Shown one piece after another: positions 27,594-36,625 of a DNA stretch of 64,000 bases. The stretch comes from an uncultured Candidatus Saccharibacteria bacterium (GTDB lineage: Bacteria > Patescibacteriota > Saccharimonadia > Saccharimonadales > UBA4665). Each line of letters starts with the position of its first letter. Position 1 is the stretch's first letter. The position numbers and the translations under genes were made by a program. The notes beneath the pieces were generated by a model, which was given only the letters and a program-made list of their open reading frames with translations, was not told the origin of the DNA and did not search any database. Location: positions 9,894-73,893 of the forward strand of contig CAZKNP010000002.1 of NCBI GenBank assembly GCA_964554245.1, in the 5' to 3' direction.

Positions 27594-28856
27594 ATGCATA
27601 TGGATACAATTGAAAATCGGCCGGCTTCGGTTGGTCAGGAGTCGGTGTCGCGGCCCAAAAAACAGACTAAATCACCGCTCCACATTGGATATTTACTGTT
27701 AGCAGTATTAGTGTTCTGGCTGGGGCTATCAATCGGCAATGGCAATATAAAGGTGACCGGTTTCCCATATCCAGAAAAGGAACGAACTGGTTTGCCGACA
27801 ACGTTCGACTATTCTTCACTCGATGAGCTCTATAAGGCCATTCGCAACAACTATGATGGCAAGTTAACTAGCGATCAGATTCTTGATGGCCTCAAGCACG
27901 GCATGGCGCGCAGTACCAATGACCCATACACCGAGTTTATGACCGCCACAGAGGCTAAAGACTTCAATGATAATCTACAGGGTCAGCTGACCGGCATTGG
28001 TGCCAAATTAGAGTTAGATAAGGACGGCAATGTGATCGTCCAGGCGCCGCTAGTGGGATCTCCGGCCGAAGCAGCCGGCCTGAGGGCTAAGGATGTAATC
28101 GGTACGATTGATAATAAGACTACATATGGAATGAGCGTGAATGACGCCGTCAAGGAAATCCGCGGCGACAAGGGCACTAAGGTGACACTCGGCATTGTTC
28201 GCGGCAAAACTGAGGCACTTAGTATTACTATTACCCGCGACGTTATCAAAATACCAACGGTCGTTAGTGAGGTTAAGGGCGAAGGCAGGATTGGCTATCT
28301 GCAGGTTAGCCAGTTTAGTGATGATACCGACGAATTAGTACAGGCGGCCGCCCAGGACTTTGCTAATAAGGGTATTAAGAAGATTATCTTAGACCTACGC
28401 GATAATCCTGGTGGGGAAGTGACAACCGCAGTTAATCTTAGCAGCCTATGGCTCGACCGCGGCTATGATATCGTGTCCCAGCGTCGGGGTGATGTTACGA
28501 CTAGTCGTAGCACAGCAACTGGCGTAAATACGCTCAAAGGTATGCAGACTGTCGTGTTGATTAACGCCGGATCGGCTTCGGCTAGCGAAATTACCGCACT
28601 GGCTCTACGCGACCACAAAGTTGCAACCATCATGGGTGAAACCAGTTATGGTAAGGGGGTTGTGCAGAGGTTGCTGCCATTCGATGATGGAAGTTCGCTC
28701 AAGGTGACGATCGCGAAATGGTATTCGCCGAACGGCACAAATATCGACCAAAAAGGTGTTAAGCCCGATAAGGAAATTAAATTTACCGAGGACGATTACA
28801 AAAATGGCACCGACCCCCAGCTGGCTGAAGCCGAGAAATTCCTTCTTGGTAATTAA
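27594..28856 (+). CDS. ctpA: S41 C-terminal processing peptidase with PDZ domain
   Basis: PDZ (GSPAEAAGLRAKDVI), catalytic GSASASEI Ser and TSYGKG Lys motifs, N-terminal TM. The start may be 27600. Confidence 0.88.
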   Translation: MHMDTIENRPASVGQESVSRPKKQTKSPLHIGYLLLAVLVFWLGLSIGNGNIKVTGFPYPEKERTGLPTTFDYSSLDELYKAIRNNYDGKLTSDQILDGLKHGMARSTNDPYTEFMTATEAKDFNDNLQGQLTGIGAKLELDKDGNVIVQAPLVGSPAEAAGLRAKDVIGTIDNKTTYGMSVNDAVKEIRGDKGTKVTLGIVRGKTEALSITITRDVIKIPTVVSEVKGEGRIGYLQVSQFSDDTDELVQAAAQDFANKGIKKIILDLRDNPGGEVTTAVNLSSLWLDRGYDIVSQRRGDVTTSRSTATGVNTLKGMQTVVLINAGSASASEITALALRDHKVATIMGETSYGKGVVQRLLPFDDGSSLKVTIAKWYSPNGTNIDQKGVKPDKEIKFTEDDYKNGTDPQLAEAEKFLLGN

Positions 28857-28953
28857 TAATCAGCTCTAGTGCATATTTGTTGCGGTAATGTGTTGGTTTG
28901 CGTAGCAGCCAAAACACCGGTATATTAGTAGGGAAACGTGGAGGAGTTAAATT

Positions 28954-30573
28954 ATGGCTGAAAAGCGCCAGACTAAATATGTGTTTGTGACGGGCGGAGT
29001 CTTGTCCGGGCTGGGTAAGGGTATTACGGCAGCATCAATCGGGAACCTCCTAAAGGCCCGCGGCCTCAAAGTAGGTATTCAGAAGTGCGACCCATACCTT
29101 AATGTTGATGCCGGCCTTTTAAACCCCAGAGAACACGGTGAAACCTTTGTCACTAAGGATGGTGCAGAAACCGATCTGGACTTAGGCCATTACGAGCGTT
29201 TTATCGACGAAGAGATGACCAAAGACAGCAGTCTGATGAGCGGGCGAGTACTGCTCAGGGTCATTGAGGCCGAGCGCCAGGGTAAATATGAGGGAAAATC
29301 GGTCCAGATTATTCCTCACGTTACAGGTGCGATCCAGGATCATATACGTAAAGCTGGCTCAAAGTACGATGTTTACATTGTTGAGATTGGTGGCACGGTC
29401 GGCGATTACGAAAGCTTGTCGTTTATTGAGGCAATTCGTGAATTTGGTATGAAAGAGGGCTTAGAAAATTGCCTCTACGTCCATGTGGTTTACATGCCTT
29501 ATCTGGGCGCAAGTCATGAATTTAAGACCAAACCAAGTCAGAATTCTGTGCGCGAGCTTCGCGGTCTAGGCATCGCACCAGAGGTGTTAGTTTGTCGGAG
29601 CGAAGAGCTAGCTCCGTCAAATGTTAAAGGCAAGATAAGTCTCTTTACTGGCGTGGCCGAAGAAGCAATTGCTTTGCTGCCAAACGCTCCAACCATTTAT
29701 GAGGTTCCGCTAACCCTAGAAGACACAGGTATTGCAGATGTTATCTGCAGGCGTCTTGGGCTCAAGGCTAGTCAGCCAAATCTCAAAGCGTGGCGCGACA
29801 TGGTTGAGCGCGCAACTGATAGCGAAGCACCAGTGGTTAAGGTCGGTGTCGTGGCGAAGTACCTCGATAATAGCGACACCTACATGTCGGTTTTCGAAGC
29901 GCTTCGGGCGGCGGCATGGGCAAAGGGCCGACAAGTAGATATTCGCTGGTTTGATTCTGAGAAGCTCGAAAAACTGACTGATGATGAGTTTGCCGCCAAG
30001 ATGGAGTCGGTTGACGGAGTTGTTGTACCAGGTGGTTTTGGCGCGCGCGGCGTAGAGGGAAAGATTCGTACTGCCACTTACGCGCTTGACCACAAAAAAC
30101 CATACCTCGGCCTCTGCTACGGCATGCACATGGCAGTTATTGCCGCTGCCCGCCGGTCTGGCCTAAAAGGAGCTCATACCACCGAAGTGGACGCCGAAGC
30201 CAAGCATCCGGTTATCGATACCATGCCCGATCAAAAGGGGCTAGAGAGTACCGGTGGTACTATGCGTCTGGGTGATTATGTCTGTAATTTTGACAAAGAT
30301 AGTCTATCGGCCAAACTTTACGGGGCTACCAAGGTGTCGGAGCGCCATCGCCATCGCTATGAAGCTAATAATGACTATGTGTCAAAGTATGAATCGTGGG
30401 GAGTTAAGCCGGTTGGTATGAACGCTGAACGAGGTCTTGTTGAGGTCGTCGAGGGTGTCGACCATCCGTTCTTTATCGCTTCGCAGTACCATCCAGAGTT
30501 CAAGAGTCGACCGAACAATCCACATCCGCTGTTTCTTGGTTTTGTGAGTGCTTTGGTCGAGGCGTCTAAGTAG
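28954..30573 (+). CDS. pyrG: CTP synthase
   Basis: KYVFVTGGVLSGLGKGI P-loop, GATase catalytic GLCYGMH, HRHRYE motif. Confidence 0.97.
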   Translation: MAEKRQTKYVFVTGGVLSGLGKGITAASIGNLLKARGLKVGIQKCDPYLNVDAGLLNPREHGETFVTKDGAETDLDLGHYERFIDEEMTKDSSLMSGRVLLRVIEAERQGKYEGKSVQIIPHVTGAIQDHIRKAGSKYDVYIVEIGGTVGDYESLSFIEAIREFGMKEGLENCLYVHVVYMPYLGASHEFKTKPSQNSVRELRGLGIAPEVLVCRSEELAPSNVKGKISLFTGVAEEAIALLPNAPTIYEVPLTLEDTGIADVICRRLGLKASQPNLKAWRDMVERATDSEAPVVKVGVVAKYLDNSDTYMSVFEALRAAAWAKGRQVDIRWFDSEKLEKLTDDEFAAKMESVDGVVVPGGFGARGVEGKIRTATYALDHKKPYLGLCYGMHMAVIAAARRSGLKGAHTTEVDAEAKHPVIDTMPDQKGLESTGGTMRLGDYVCNFDKDSLSAKLYGATKVSERHRHRYEANNDYVSKYESWGVKPVGMNAERGLVEVVEGVDHPFFIASQYHPEFKSRPNNPHPLFLGFVSALVEASK

Positions 30574-30613
30574 AGTTTGCATTTTCAATCGCCACTGTTG
30601 TAGTATAAGCAGT

Positions 30614-31003
30614 ATGGATGTACAATCACCGATCAAGAAAATTCTATTAGTCGAAGATGATGACGCGCTAGCTAGTGTATACACGATGCGCCTACAGGCT
30701 GAGGGTTTTGATACTCGCCGGGTTGCTAATGGCGAGGATGCCTTAGCAGCTGCCCGCGAATACGAGCCGAGTTTGATTTTACTCGACGCTATGATGCCTA
30801 AGGTTAGTGGATTTGATGTTCTGGACATTCTGCGCAACACGCCAGAAACAGCTAATATAAAAATTATTATGCTGACGGCTCTCAGCCAGGAATCTGATAA
30901 GGTCCGGGCCGATGAACTAGGGGCCGATGACTATATGGTTAAATCTCAGGTTGTTATTAAAGACGTGGTTTTGCGTATTAAGCATCACCTCGGCATGGAA
31001 TAG
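30614..31003 (+). CDS. Stand-alone response-regulator receiver (CheY-like)
   Basis: KILLVEDDD acidic pocket, phospho-acceptor LILLDAMMP, LTAL, conserved Lys in DYMVKS. No output domain. TAGTAT (30601-30606) lies 7 nt upstream of the ATG. Confidence 0.85.
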   Translation: MDVQSPIKKILLVEDDDALASVYTMRLQAEGFDTRRVANGEDALAAAREYEPSLILLDAMMPKVSGFDVLDILRNTPETANIKIIMLTALSQESDKVRADELGADDYMVKSQVVIKDVVLRIKHHLGME

Positions 31004-31021
31004 GGAAGAATCGATATCATT

Positions 31022-31051
31022 AAACAGGCTGCACCGACAGCCTGTTTTTTT
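31022..31051 (+). terminator. Rho-independent terminator
   Basis: AAACAGGCTG/CAGCCTGTTT 10-bp stem, 6-nt loop; the T-run extends to 31051. Confidence 0.85.
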
Positions 31052-31084
31052 GTTGTCTAAAAATACACGAATAGCATAATCATA

Positions 31085-31113
31085 TTGACAAAACACAAAA
31101 AGTTTGCTACAAT
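31085..31113 (+). promoter_or_regulatory. Consensus sigma70 promoter with extended -10
   Basis: TTGACA (31085-31090), 17-nt spacer, TGcTACAAT (31105-31113). Nearly identical in layout to the promoter at 54093. Confidence 0.7.
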
Positions 31114-31147
31114 TTAGTTATCCTGATAAGAAAGGAAAACAAAAACT

Positions 31148-31588
31148 ATGATTAATAATTATTCCAACCCAGAAGCAGCACCCAGCTCTATAGCTGATCT
31201 AATTGGCCAGAGTCCTGATGGTGTTAGCCCCAACGTTGGCTCTCGTATCGAACAGGAAAAAATAAGCAACAAAGCTAGCCAGCTAGCAGGTGAGATTGCC
31301 CTAGCGGGGTCTGATGTAGACAGACCGGCTCCCGAAGCAGGCCATAAAGATAATAATCCTTGGTCTTTGGAGAATATGCCGGGTAATACAAACGATAGTG
31401 TAGGACCTAGTTCTGAGAAATCTACAAACAGCGGCGGTGCTTTTGGGCGTGGTGTTATTTCTGTGGGTACCAACGGCAGGGGTCGCTTTGGTATGGGCGT
31501 GATTAAAGTCCCTCAGAATGAAGTTGGTCCACAGGGTATTAAGCAGGCAGTTCAAGGTGGATCTGTAGATCCGAACCACGTTAGATAG
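31148..31588 (+). CDS. Hypothetical Gly/Ser/Pro-rich, probably disordered protein
   Basis: ORF behind the consensus promoter, with an AAGGAA SD. Low-complexity composition; no family recognised. Confidence 0.45.
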   Translation: MINNYSNPEAAPSSIADLIGQSPDGVSPNVGSRIEQEKISNKASQLAGEIALAGSDVDRPAPEAGHKDNNPWSLENMPGNTNDSVGPSSEKSTNSGGAFGRGVISVGTNGRGRFGMGVIKVPQNEVGPQGIKQAVQGGSVDPNHVR

Positions 31589-31675
31589 GTGCTAGTGCGT
31601 GTTTAAGATTAGCGGTCAGGGCATAAATAGGTTGGCATTTTAGTTTTAATATTAAACAAAAATCAATATTATCAT

Positions 31676-32542
31676 ATGAAAACCCAAGAGTTTCCTCAAT
31701 CGACCCCGGCGCCTGCGGAGATGGGTGCTTCAAGCGAGCTACATTTGAGTCCCAGAGAACAAATGGAGAAGGTGTTTGGGTTGATTATTGAGGCTCAAGG
31801 TGATCCATCGAAAAGACCAGAGGCGATAGAATCAGCATATGGGCTGGTTGTGGATACAATGCTTCATGAGGTTAGGCGGGCTGATCCTTCGGATGGTTAT
31901 GGCGGTCCATTCTGGGTTTTTGATATGACCTCGAGGTCTATTGGACAAGTAGAGTTTAGCGACGAGGCTAAGGCTCATGCTGGCGAAACACACATTAGAG
32001 ATCCCATAGGCGGGATGGTTCGGGGCACTAAACTTGCGATAGATTTTGAGAAAAGCCAACCGTCTAGCGGACAAACTTCCTTTATTATTTCAAGGCTCAA
32101 CGAATTAAATGTTGGAGAGTTTAGCCCTCAAGAGGTGTCAGGTATTATGCTCCTGAGGACGGTCGCACATGAGGCCGGACACGTTTTCAAGGTGGGTGTT
32201 GGGCGTATGATGGGTATGCATGGAGATGAGGGTTATGATTTCGCGGCGGAGGCGTTTCTTGGCAGTCATCCACTCAAAATTCTTAGTCCTGACCTGGGCA
32301 GGGCAAAAGATATCTGGCAGGAGCAGTTTGCTGAGGGGTTCGCTAACATGTTTCTTGCAGCTGCGCTTAGGGGGAGTAGCTATAGCAATATCCAGCAGAT
32401 GGCACTAGTCTATGCCATGGGTCATACAGTAGAAACAGCCAAAGATAATCCGGGTTATGCCAACCCGATAAATACTATGAATGTGCTAGAAATAACCGCA
32501 GACGCCATTCAAGATCACCTTAATAATACTGATCAGTGGTAG
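31676..32542 (+). CDS. Hypothetical protein with HExxH metalloprotease-like motif
   Basis: AHEAGHVF motif with a downstream QEQFAEGFANMF that could supply the third ligand Glu. No signal peptide or TM. No family recognised. Confidence 0.5.
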   Translation: MKTQEFPQSTPAPAEMGASSELHLSPREQMEKVFGLIIEAQGDPSKRPEAIESAYGLVVDTMLHEVRRADPSDGYGGPFWVFDMTSRSIGQVEFSDEAKAHAGETHIRDPIGGMVRGTKLAIDFEKSQPSSGQTSFIISRLNELNVGEFSPQEVSGIMLLRTVAHEAGHVFKVGVGRMMGMHGDEGYDFAAEAFLGSHPLKILSPDLGRAKDIWQEQFAEGFANMFLAAALRGSSYSNIQQMALVYAMGHTVETAKDNPGYANPINTMNVLEITADAIQDHLNNTDQW

Positions 32543-32595
32543 TAATTACTGCTCAGCTCCAGCGTAATTATTTAGTGAATGTTCCTTGAATATTT

Positions 32596-32623
32596 AAAAG
32601 CCCCTCGTCTAGGAGGAGCTTTT
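32596..32623. terminator. Bidirectional terminator shared by the convergent genes 31676-32542 and rpmA
   Basis: AAAAGCCCCTC ... GAGGAGCTTTT: GC-rich stem with one mismatch, flanked by an A-run and a T-run, so it reads as a terminator on both strands. Confidence 0.7.
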
Positions 32624-32642
32624 AAGGAGTTGCATGGTTGAT

Positions 32643-32915
32643 TTATTCAACAGTGACTTCGGTGCGACGAACTGAGCGACCGCTGAAGGTGCGAACTTTG
32701 CGACTCTGCATTTTAACAGTGCCGTCTTTAGCAGCATGGATAGTGAAGTTGCGGCTAAGGGTTGTGCCTTCGCCAGCACGCTTAGTCATGCCAACCTGAC
32801 GAACAATAACTTCGCCCTTTTTAACAACCTGACCACCGAATCGCTTAACGCCAAGTCGCTGACCGACTGAATCTCGTGTATTTTTACTGGTACCGCCAGC
32901 TTTAACTTTTGACAT
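32643..32915 (-). CDS. rpmA: 50S ribosomal protein L27
   Basis: KAGGTSKNTRDSVGQRLGVKRFGGQ...VRQ(V)G L27 signature, 90 aa, AAGGAG SD. Confidence 0.93.
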   Translation of the reverse strand: MSKVKAGGTSKNTRDSVGQRLGVKRFGGQVVKKGEVIVRQVGMTKRAGEGTTLSRNFTIHAAKDGTVKMQSRKVRTFSGRSVRRTEVTVE

Positions 32916-32956
32916 GTAGGAACTCCTTAGTGGATTTTCTAAAAATTATCTATGTC

Positions 32957-32985
32957 ATTGTACGAAATATCACCGTGTAAGTCAA
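32957..32985 (-). promoter_or_regulatory. sigma70-type promoter for rpmA
   Basis: On the - strand: TTGACT (32985-32980), 17-nt spacer, TACAAT (32962-32957). Confidence 0.6.
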
Positions 32986-32994
32986 GGGCGAGCC

Positions 32995-34188
32995 TTAAGA
33001 TTTGGTGAGTATAAGTAGCTCACGGCCAACAGTTTGATCGTCGCGGTAGTAGATGAGGTTTTTGTAATCGGCGTGAGTCAATTCTACTCTGGTGAAGCCG
33101 AGCTCCTTGAGAGAGTCAACAAGAGGTAGGTGCCTAAAAGTGTGTGGCCGAGTTTGCCAGGCGGGCACAGCCAGGCATAGCCTGGTGCCTTTGGGGATTT
33201 GGTCGGTAATATTATTGAGGAATTTTTTGATGATCAAGTTAACGTCGCTAACAGTCTGTTCGAGGATATCGCGCGCGGGCAGGGAAGTAAAAGGCCGGCC
33301 GAGGTAGGTTTCTCCGGCGATGACGATTTTGGCATCACTTGGAAATTCCCACTGGTGAGTGGTGGCATCGCCAACTTCGGTTTTGAAAGCTGAGGCTTTA
33401 GGGTTGAGGGTTTTGATCGCCCAATCTAAATTGACGTCGGTGTAATCAATCATGCGTGGCTCTAGATCGGTTCCGTAGGCGCTGTGACCGGCCAGGAGTG
33501 ATTCTTGCAAAACGACGCCAGTGCCGCAGAATGGGTCAAGTACGAGTGCATTTGCTTGACTGCCGGTCGCTAGATTGATGATTATCTGAGCGAGCTTGGG
33601 CGGCAGCATGCCGACGCGGCTATCACGTTTTGGTCGGCTTCGGTCCCTTATGGTGTAGCTGTCGATATCCTGAACGGCGACAGTTCGGGCAATAACTGTG
33701 CCTCCGTTTTTGGTGCGCACGATGACAATTTCCGCGCCACGCTCATCGGTAAGGTGGTTGTGAAAAACTTGGGCGGTAGACAGTTCTGCTGCGACGTTGG
33801 GCACGATTCTAACAGATCGGCTGTCGGTGCGCAGTACTTTTTTAAGTGTTAGACCTAGGGCAGTTAGTTTTGCTGGCGTAAAATTGGCGCCAATCGCTGA
33901 AATACCTAAGTGAAACTTGCCAGATTCCGCTGCTTGCAGGGCATTGCTTCTGCAGAGGTTGACCAAGAGTTTTTCGATGTTTTTTGGGTCAAAATTCGGA
34001 GCTTCAGCTAAAACAGTCGCTAGCTTGGTGCTGCCACCTAGTGTCGCGAAGTCAATGTCAGAAGAAGCTAAGTCGAGTCCAGCTACCTGCGTCTGAGTAG
34101 GGCTAACGTGGTTGGCGCCATAAAGGCTTTCGAGTTCAGCTAACCCTAGCGATGGCTGTCTGCCAAGAATGCAAATTGATTGAATCAT
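32995..34188 (-). CDS. Putative SAM-dependent RNA methyltransferase (THUMP/UPF0020-like)
   Basis: Motif I LDPFCGTGVVLQE and GTDLEPRMI, with an N-terminal ~170-aa RNA-binding-like region. Start set to ATG 34188 (MIQSICILGRQP). Confidence 0.6.
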   Translation of the reverse strand: MIQSICILGRQPSLGLAELESLYGANHVSPTQTQVAGLDLASSDIDFATLGGSTKLATVLAEAPNFDPKNIEKLLVNLCRSNALQAAESGKFHLGISAIGANFTPAKLTALGLTLKKVLRTDSRSVRIVPNVAAELSTAQVFHNHLTDERGAEIVIVRTKNGGTVIARTVAVQDIDSYTIRDRSRPKRDSRVGMLPPKLAQIIINLATGSQANALVLDPFCGTGVVLQESLLAGHSAYGTDLEPRMIDYTDVNLDWAIKTLNPKASAFKTEVGDATTHQWEFPSDAKIVIAGETYLGRPFTSLPARDILEQTVSDVNLIIKKFLNNITDQIPKGTRLCLAVPAWQTRPHTFRHLPLVDSLKELGFTRVELTHADYKNLIYYRDDQTVGRELLILTKS

Positions 34189-34206
34189 ACATGTATAATA
34201 CAAGAG
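34189..34206. promoter_or_regulatory. 18-bp divergent intergenic region with overlapping face-to-face -10 boxes
   Basis: + strand: TATAAT (34194-34199), 7 nt before ATG 34207. - strand: TATTAT (34200-34195), 6 nt before ATG 34188. No room for an SD on either side. Confidence 0.5.
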
Positions 34207-35307
34207 ATGGAACAGAAAACAGAGCAGTCGTTTTGGGCCCGCCGCTGGAAATTGATTATCAACCTGATAACACTGGCTGCTTTGGGCGTGTTTGTTTGGG
34301 CGCTTCGAGCCGATATCGTGAATACATTTTATGCACTAGGGCGGGTGAACGCCTGGTTTTTGTTGTTGCTTATACCGATTCAATTCTTGAACTATGATGC
34401 CCAGGTTAGGCTATATCAAAGCGTGATGCGCATAGAGGGCACAGTCATGAAGTACTGGAAGCTCATGCGCGCGACGCTAGAATTGAACTTTGTGAATAAT
34501 GTTTTTCCGAGCGGGGGTGTGACCGGAATTACCTACTTTGGATTGAGGTTAAAGAGCAAGGACTTTAGTCCAGCCAAAGTAACAGCCGTTTACACCATGA
34601 AGCTGATTCTTTTGTTTTTGTCGTTTGAGGTGCTAATTGCGATCGGTGTTTTTGCATTGGCAATTAGCGGCAAGATGAATAACCTTATTTTGGTTTTGTC
34701 GGCCACGCTGATTACGACGTTGATACTTTTTACGCTTGGGCTGATGTTTGTGGTGGGAAGCAAGCGGCGAATCGCGGGCTTTTTCGCTTATATATCTAAG
34801 TGGATTAACAAAATTGCCCGGGTTTTTAGGCGCAAAAAGTCTAGTGAGTTAATCAAGATAGAGTCAGTTAAGTCTCTTTTCGAGGAGATGAATGACTATT
34901 ACAAGATTTTTAGTAGCAACTGGCGATTATTGGCGTGGCCGATGTTTTGGGCATTTATGGCCAATCTCTGGGAGGTGATGACCATATTTGTGGTTTACCT
35001 GGCCTTTGGTGATGTTGTTAATATCGGCGCTATTATCTTGGCCTACGCGGTTGCTAATTCGGCCGGATTTGTCAGTGTGTTGCCGGGTGGGGTTGGTATA
35101 TATGAGGCGCTTATGACGGTTGTGTTGACGGCTACTGGTGTGCCATCCCGCATAAGTCTGCCGGTGACAATTATGTACCGCGTTCTGAGTACACTCATTC
35201 AGGTGCCGATTGGTTACGTTTTCTACCAGCATTACATTAGCAATCTAAAACCAAAAGACAGGCAGGTGATGACGGATAAACTAGATGAGGTGAGTGACCT
35301 AGAATGA
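34207..35307 (+). CDS. Polytopic membrane protein, UPF0104/LPG-synthase-TM (flippase-like) family (tentative)
   Basis: ~8 TM helices; N-terminal RRWKLIINLITLAALGVFVWAL and overall layout resemble UPF0104. Start at ATG 34207. Confidence 0.55.
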   Translation: MEQKTEQSFWARRWKLIINLITLAALGVFVWALRADIVNTFYALGRVNAWFLLLLIPIQFLNYDAQVRLYQSVMRIEGTVMKYWKLMRATLELNFVNNVFPSGGVTGITYFGLRLKSKDFSPAKVTAVYTMKLILLFLSFEVLIAIGVFALAISGKMNNLILVLSATLITTLILFTLGLMFVVGSKRRIAGFFAYISKWINKIARVFRRKKSSELIKIESVKSLFEEMNDYYKIFSSNWRLLAWPMFWAFMANLWEVMTIFVVYLAFGDVVNIGAIILAYAVANSAGFVSVLPGGVGIYEALMTVVLTATGVPSRISLPVTIMYRVLSTLIQVPIGYVFYQHYISNLKPKDRQVMTDKLDEVSDLE

Positions 35308-36437
35308 CCGGCGAGTTAGCTTTTGGCGTTAGTGAATTTGTGGCTTACATTAACCAGACTTTTGAATATGCTTATCCGTTTGTATCGGTTGAGGGCGAGG
35401 TTTCTGGTTTAAGAATATCGAGAGGCAAGTGGGTCTATTTTGACCTTAAGGATGAAGCGGCTAGCCTGAAGTGTTTTGGTGTAATTCACATGCTGCCAGG
35501 TCCGGTCGAAGAAGGTATGCGGATTAGAGTTAGTGGGACTCCGAGGCTGCATCCGCTGTACAATTTTAGTTTTCAAACTCAGCGTATTGAGCTTGTTGGT
35601 GAGGGGTCGTTCAAGAAATCGTTTGAGCTGCTTCGTCGCAAACTAGAGGCCGAAGGTTTGTTTGATCTTGAGCGTAAGCGCAACATAGTTGATATCCCGA
35701 AGAAAATTGCATTAATCACCGCAAAGGATTCGGCCGCCCAGGCAGATTTTGTAAAAATTGCTAGCGCCCGTTGGGGCGGTGTGGTCATTGAGCATTTTGA
35801 CACTCTAGTACAAGGTGATTCAGCTCCGACTGATATTGTTAGAGCTCTCCAGCGAGCCAACGAAGGTGCCTCTCTGGCGGACGTGATTGTTTTGACGCGC
35901 GGTGGCGGTAGTGCGGACGACCTAGCGGCATTCAATGACGAGCGGGTGGTGCGAGCAGTGGCGGCTAGTCGCGTACCGACAGTGGTGGCGATTGGTCATG
36001 AGTCGGATTGGACACTATCTGAATTAGTGGCGGATCTAAGGGCGAGTACACCGAGCAATGCAGCTGAATTAATATTGCCTGATAAAGAAGACGAAAAGCG
36101 TCATCTCCGGAGGTTGGCAGTCGAAATTGACCAAGTTGTAGCCGACAGAATTACCGCTTGCCAAACGGAACTTGGGGCGGCGGCCAGTCAGCTAGATCAG
36201 ACACTACTTGGATTATTTGAGAAGGCAGAAGCTAATCTTGCGCAGCAGATTTCATTACTAGGTGCGCTCGATCCTCTTCGGCCACTGACTCAAGGATACG
36301 CTGTCATTAGGTCCGGGGGGACGCTAGTAAGGTCGGTTAATTCAATTAAGGCGGGCGATGAATTGGCGGTTGAGATGCAAGACGGCGTCGTGGCGGTAAA
36401 GACGAGCGAGATTATTAAAAAGAAGGATAAGCAATGA
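35304..36437 (+). CDS. xseA: Exodeoxyribonuclease VII large subunit
   Basis: N-terminal OB fold (VSEFVAYINQTFE...VEGEVSG), catalytic core (LTRGGGSADDL), followed by xseB with an ATGA overlap. Confidence 0.92.
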   Translation: MTGELAFGVSEFVAYINQTFEYAYPFVSVEGEVSGLRISRGKWVYFDLKDEAASLKCFGVIHMLPGPVEEGMRIRVSGTPRLHPLYNFSFQTQRIELVGEGSFKKSFELLRRKLEAEGLFDLERKRNIVDIPKKIALITAKDSAAQADFVKIASARWGGVVIEHFDTLVQGDSAPTDIVRALQRANEGASLADVIVLTRGGGSADDLAAFNDERVVRAVAASRVPTVVAIGHESDWTLSELVADLRASTPSNAAELILPDKEDEKRHLRRLAVEIDQVVADRITACQTELGAAASQLDQTLLGLFEKAEANLAQQISLLGALDPLRPLTQGYAVIRSGGTLVRSVNSIKAGDELAVEMQDGVVAVKTSEIIKKKDKQ

Positions 36438-36625
36438 AAGTAGATTTTGATTACAAAAAAGCGACAACAGAATTAGACGAGCTATTAAATAAGTTGAAAG
36501 ATCCGGACACGACTTTAGATGAGGCGATTGATATCCACGCCAAAGCAAAAACTCTGATAGGGAAGATCGAATCATATCTAGAAGAAGTTAATACTGTTGT
36601 TGCCGAGCAGGTGAAAACGACCTAA
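36434..36625 (+). CDS. xseB: Exodeoxyribonuclease VII small subunit
   Basis: 63-aa helical protein, LDELLNKLKDPDTTLDEAIDIHAKAKTL, coupled to xseA. Confidence 0.85.
   Translation: MKVDFDYKKATTELDELLNKLKDPDTTLDEAIDIHAKAKTLIGKIESYLEEVNTVVAEQVKTT

Noticed and set aside
28857-28953. A pyrG attenuator of the Bacillus type (reiterative transcription at GGG plus a terminator).
   Set aside because: A TATATT box followed by AGTAGGGAAAC is present, but there is no terminator hairpin or T-run between it and the pyrG SD.
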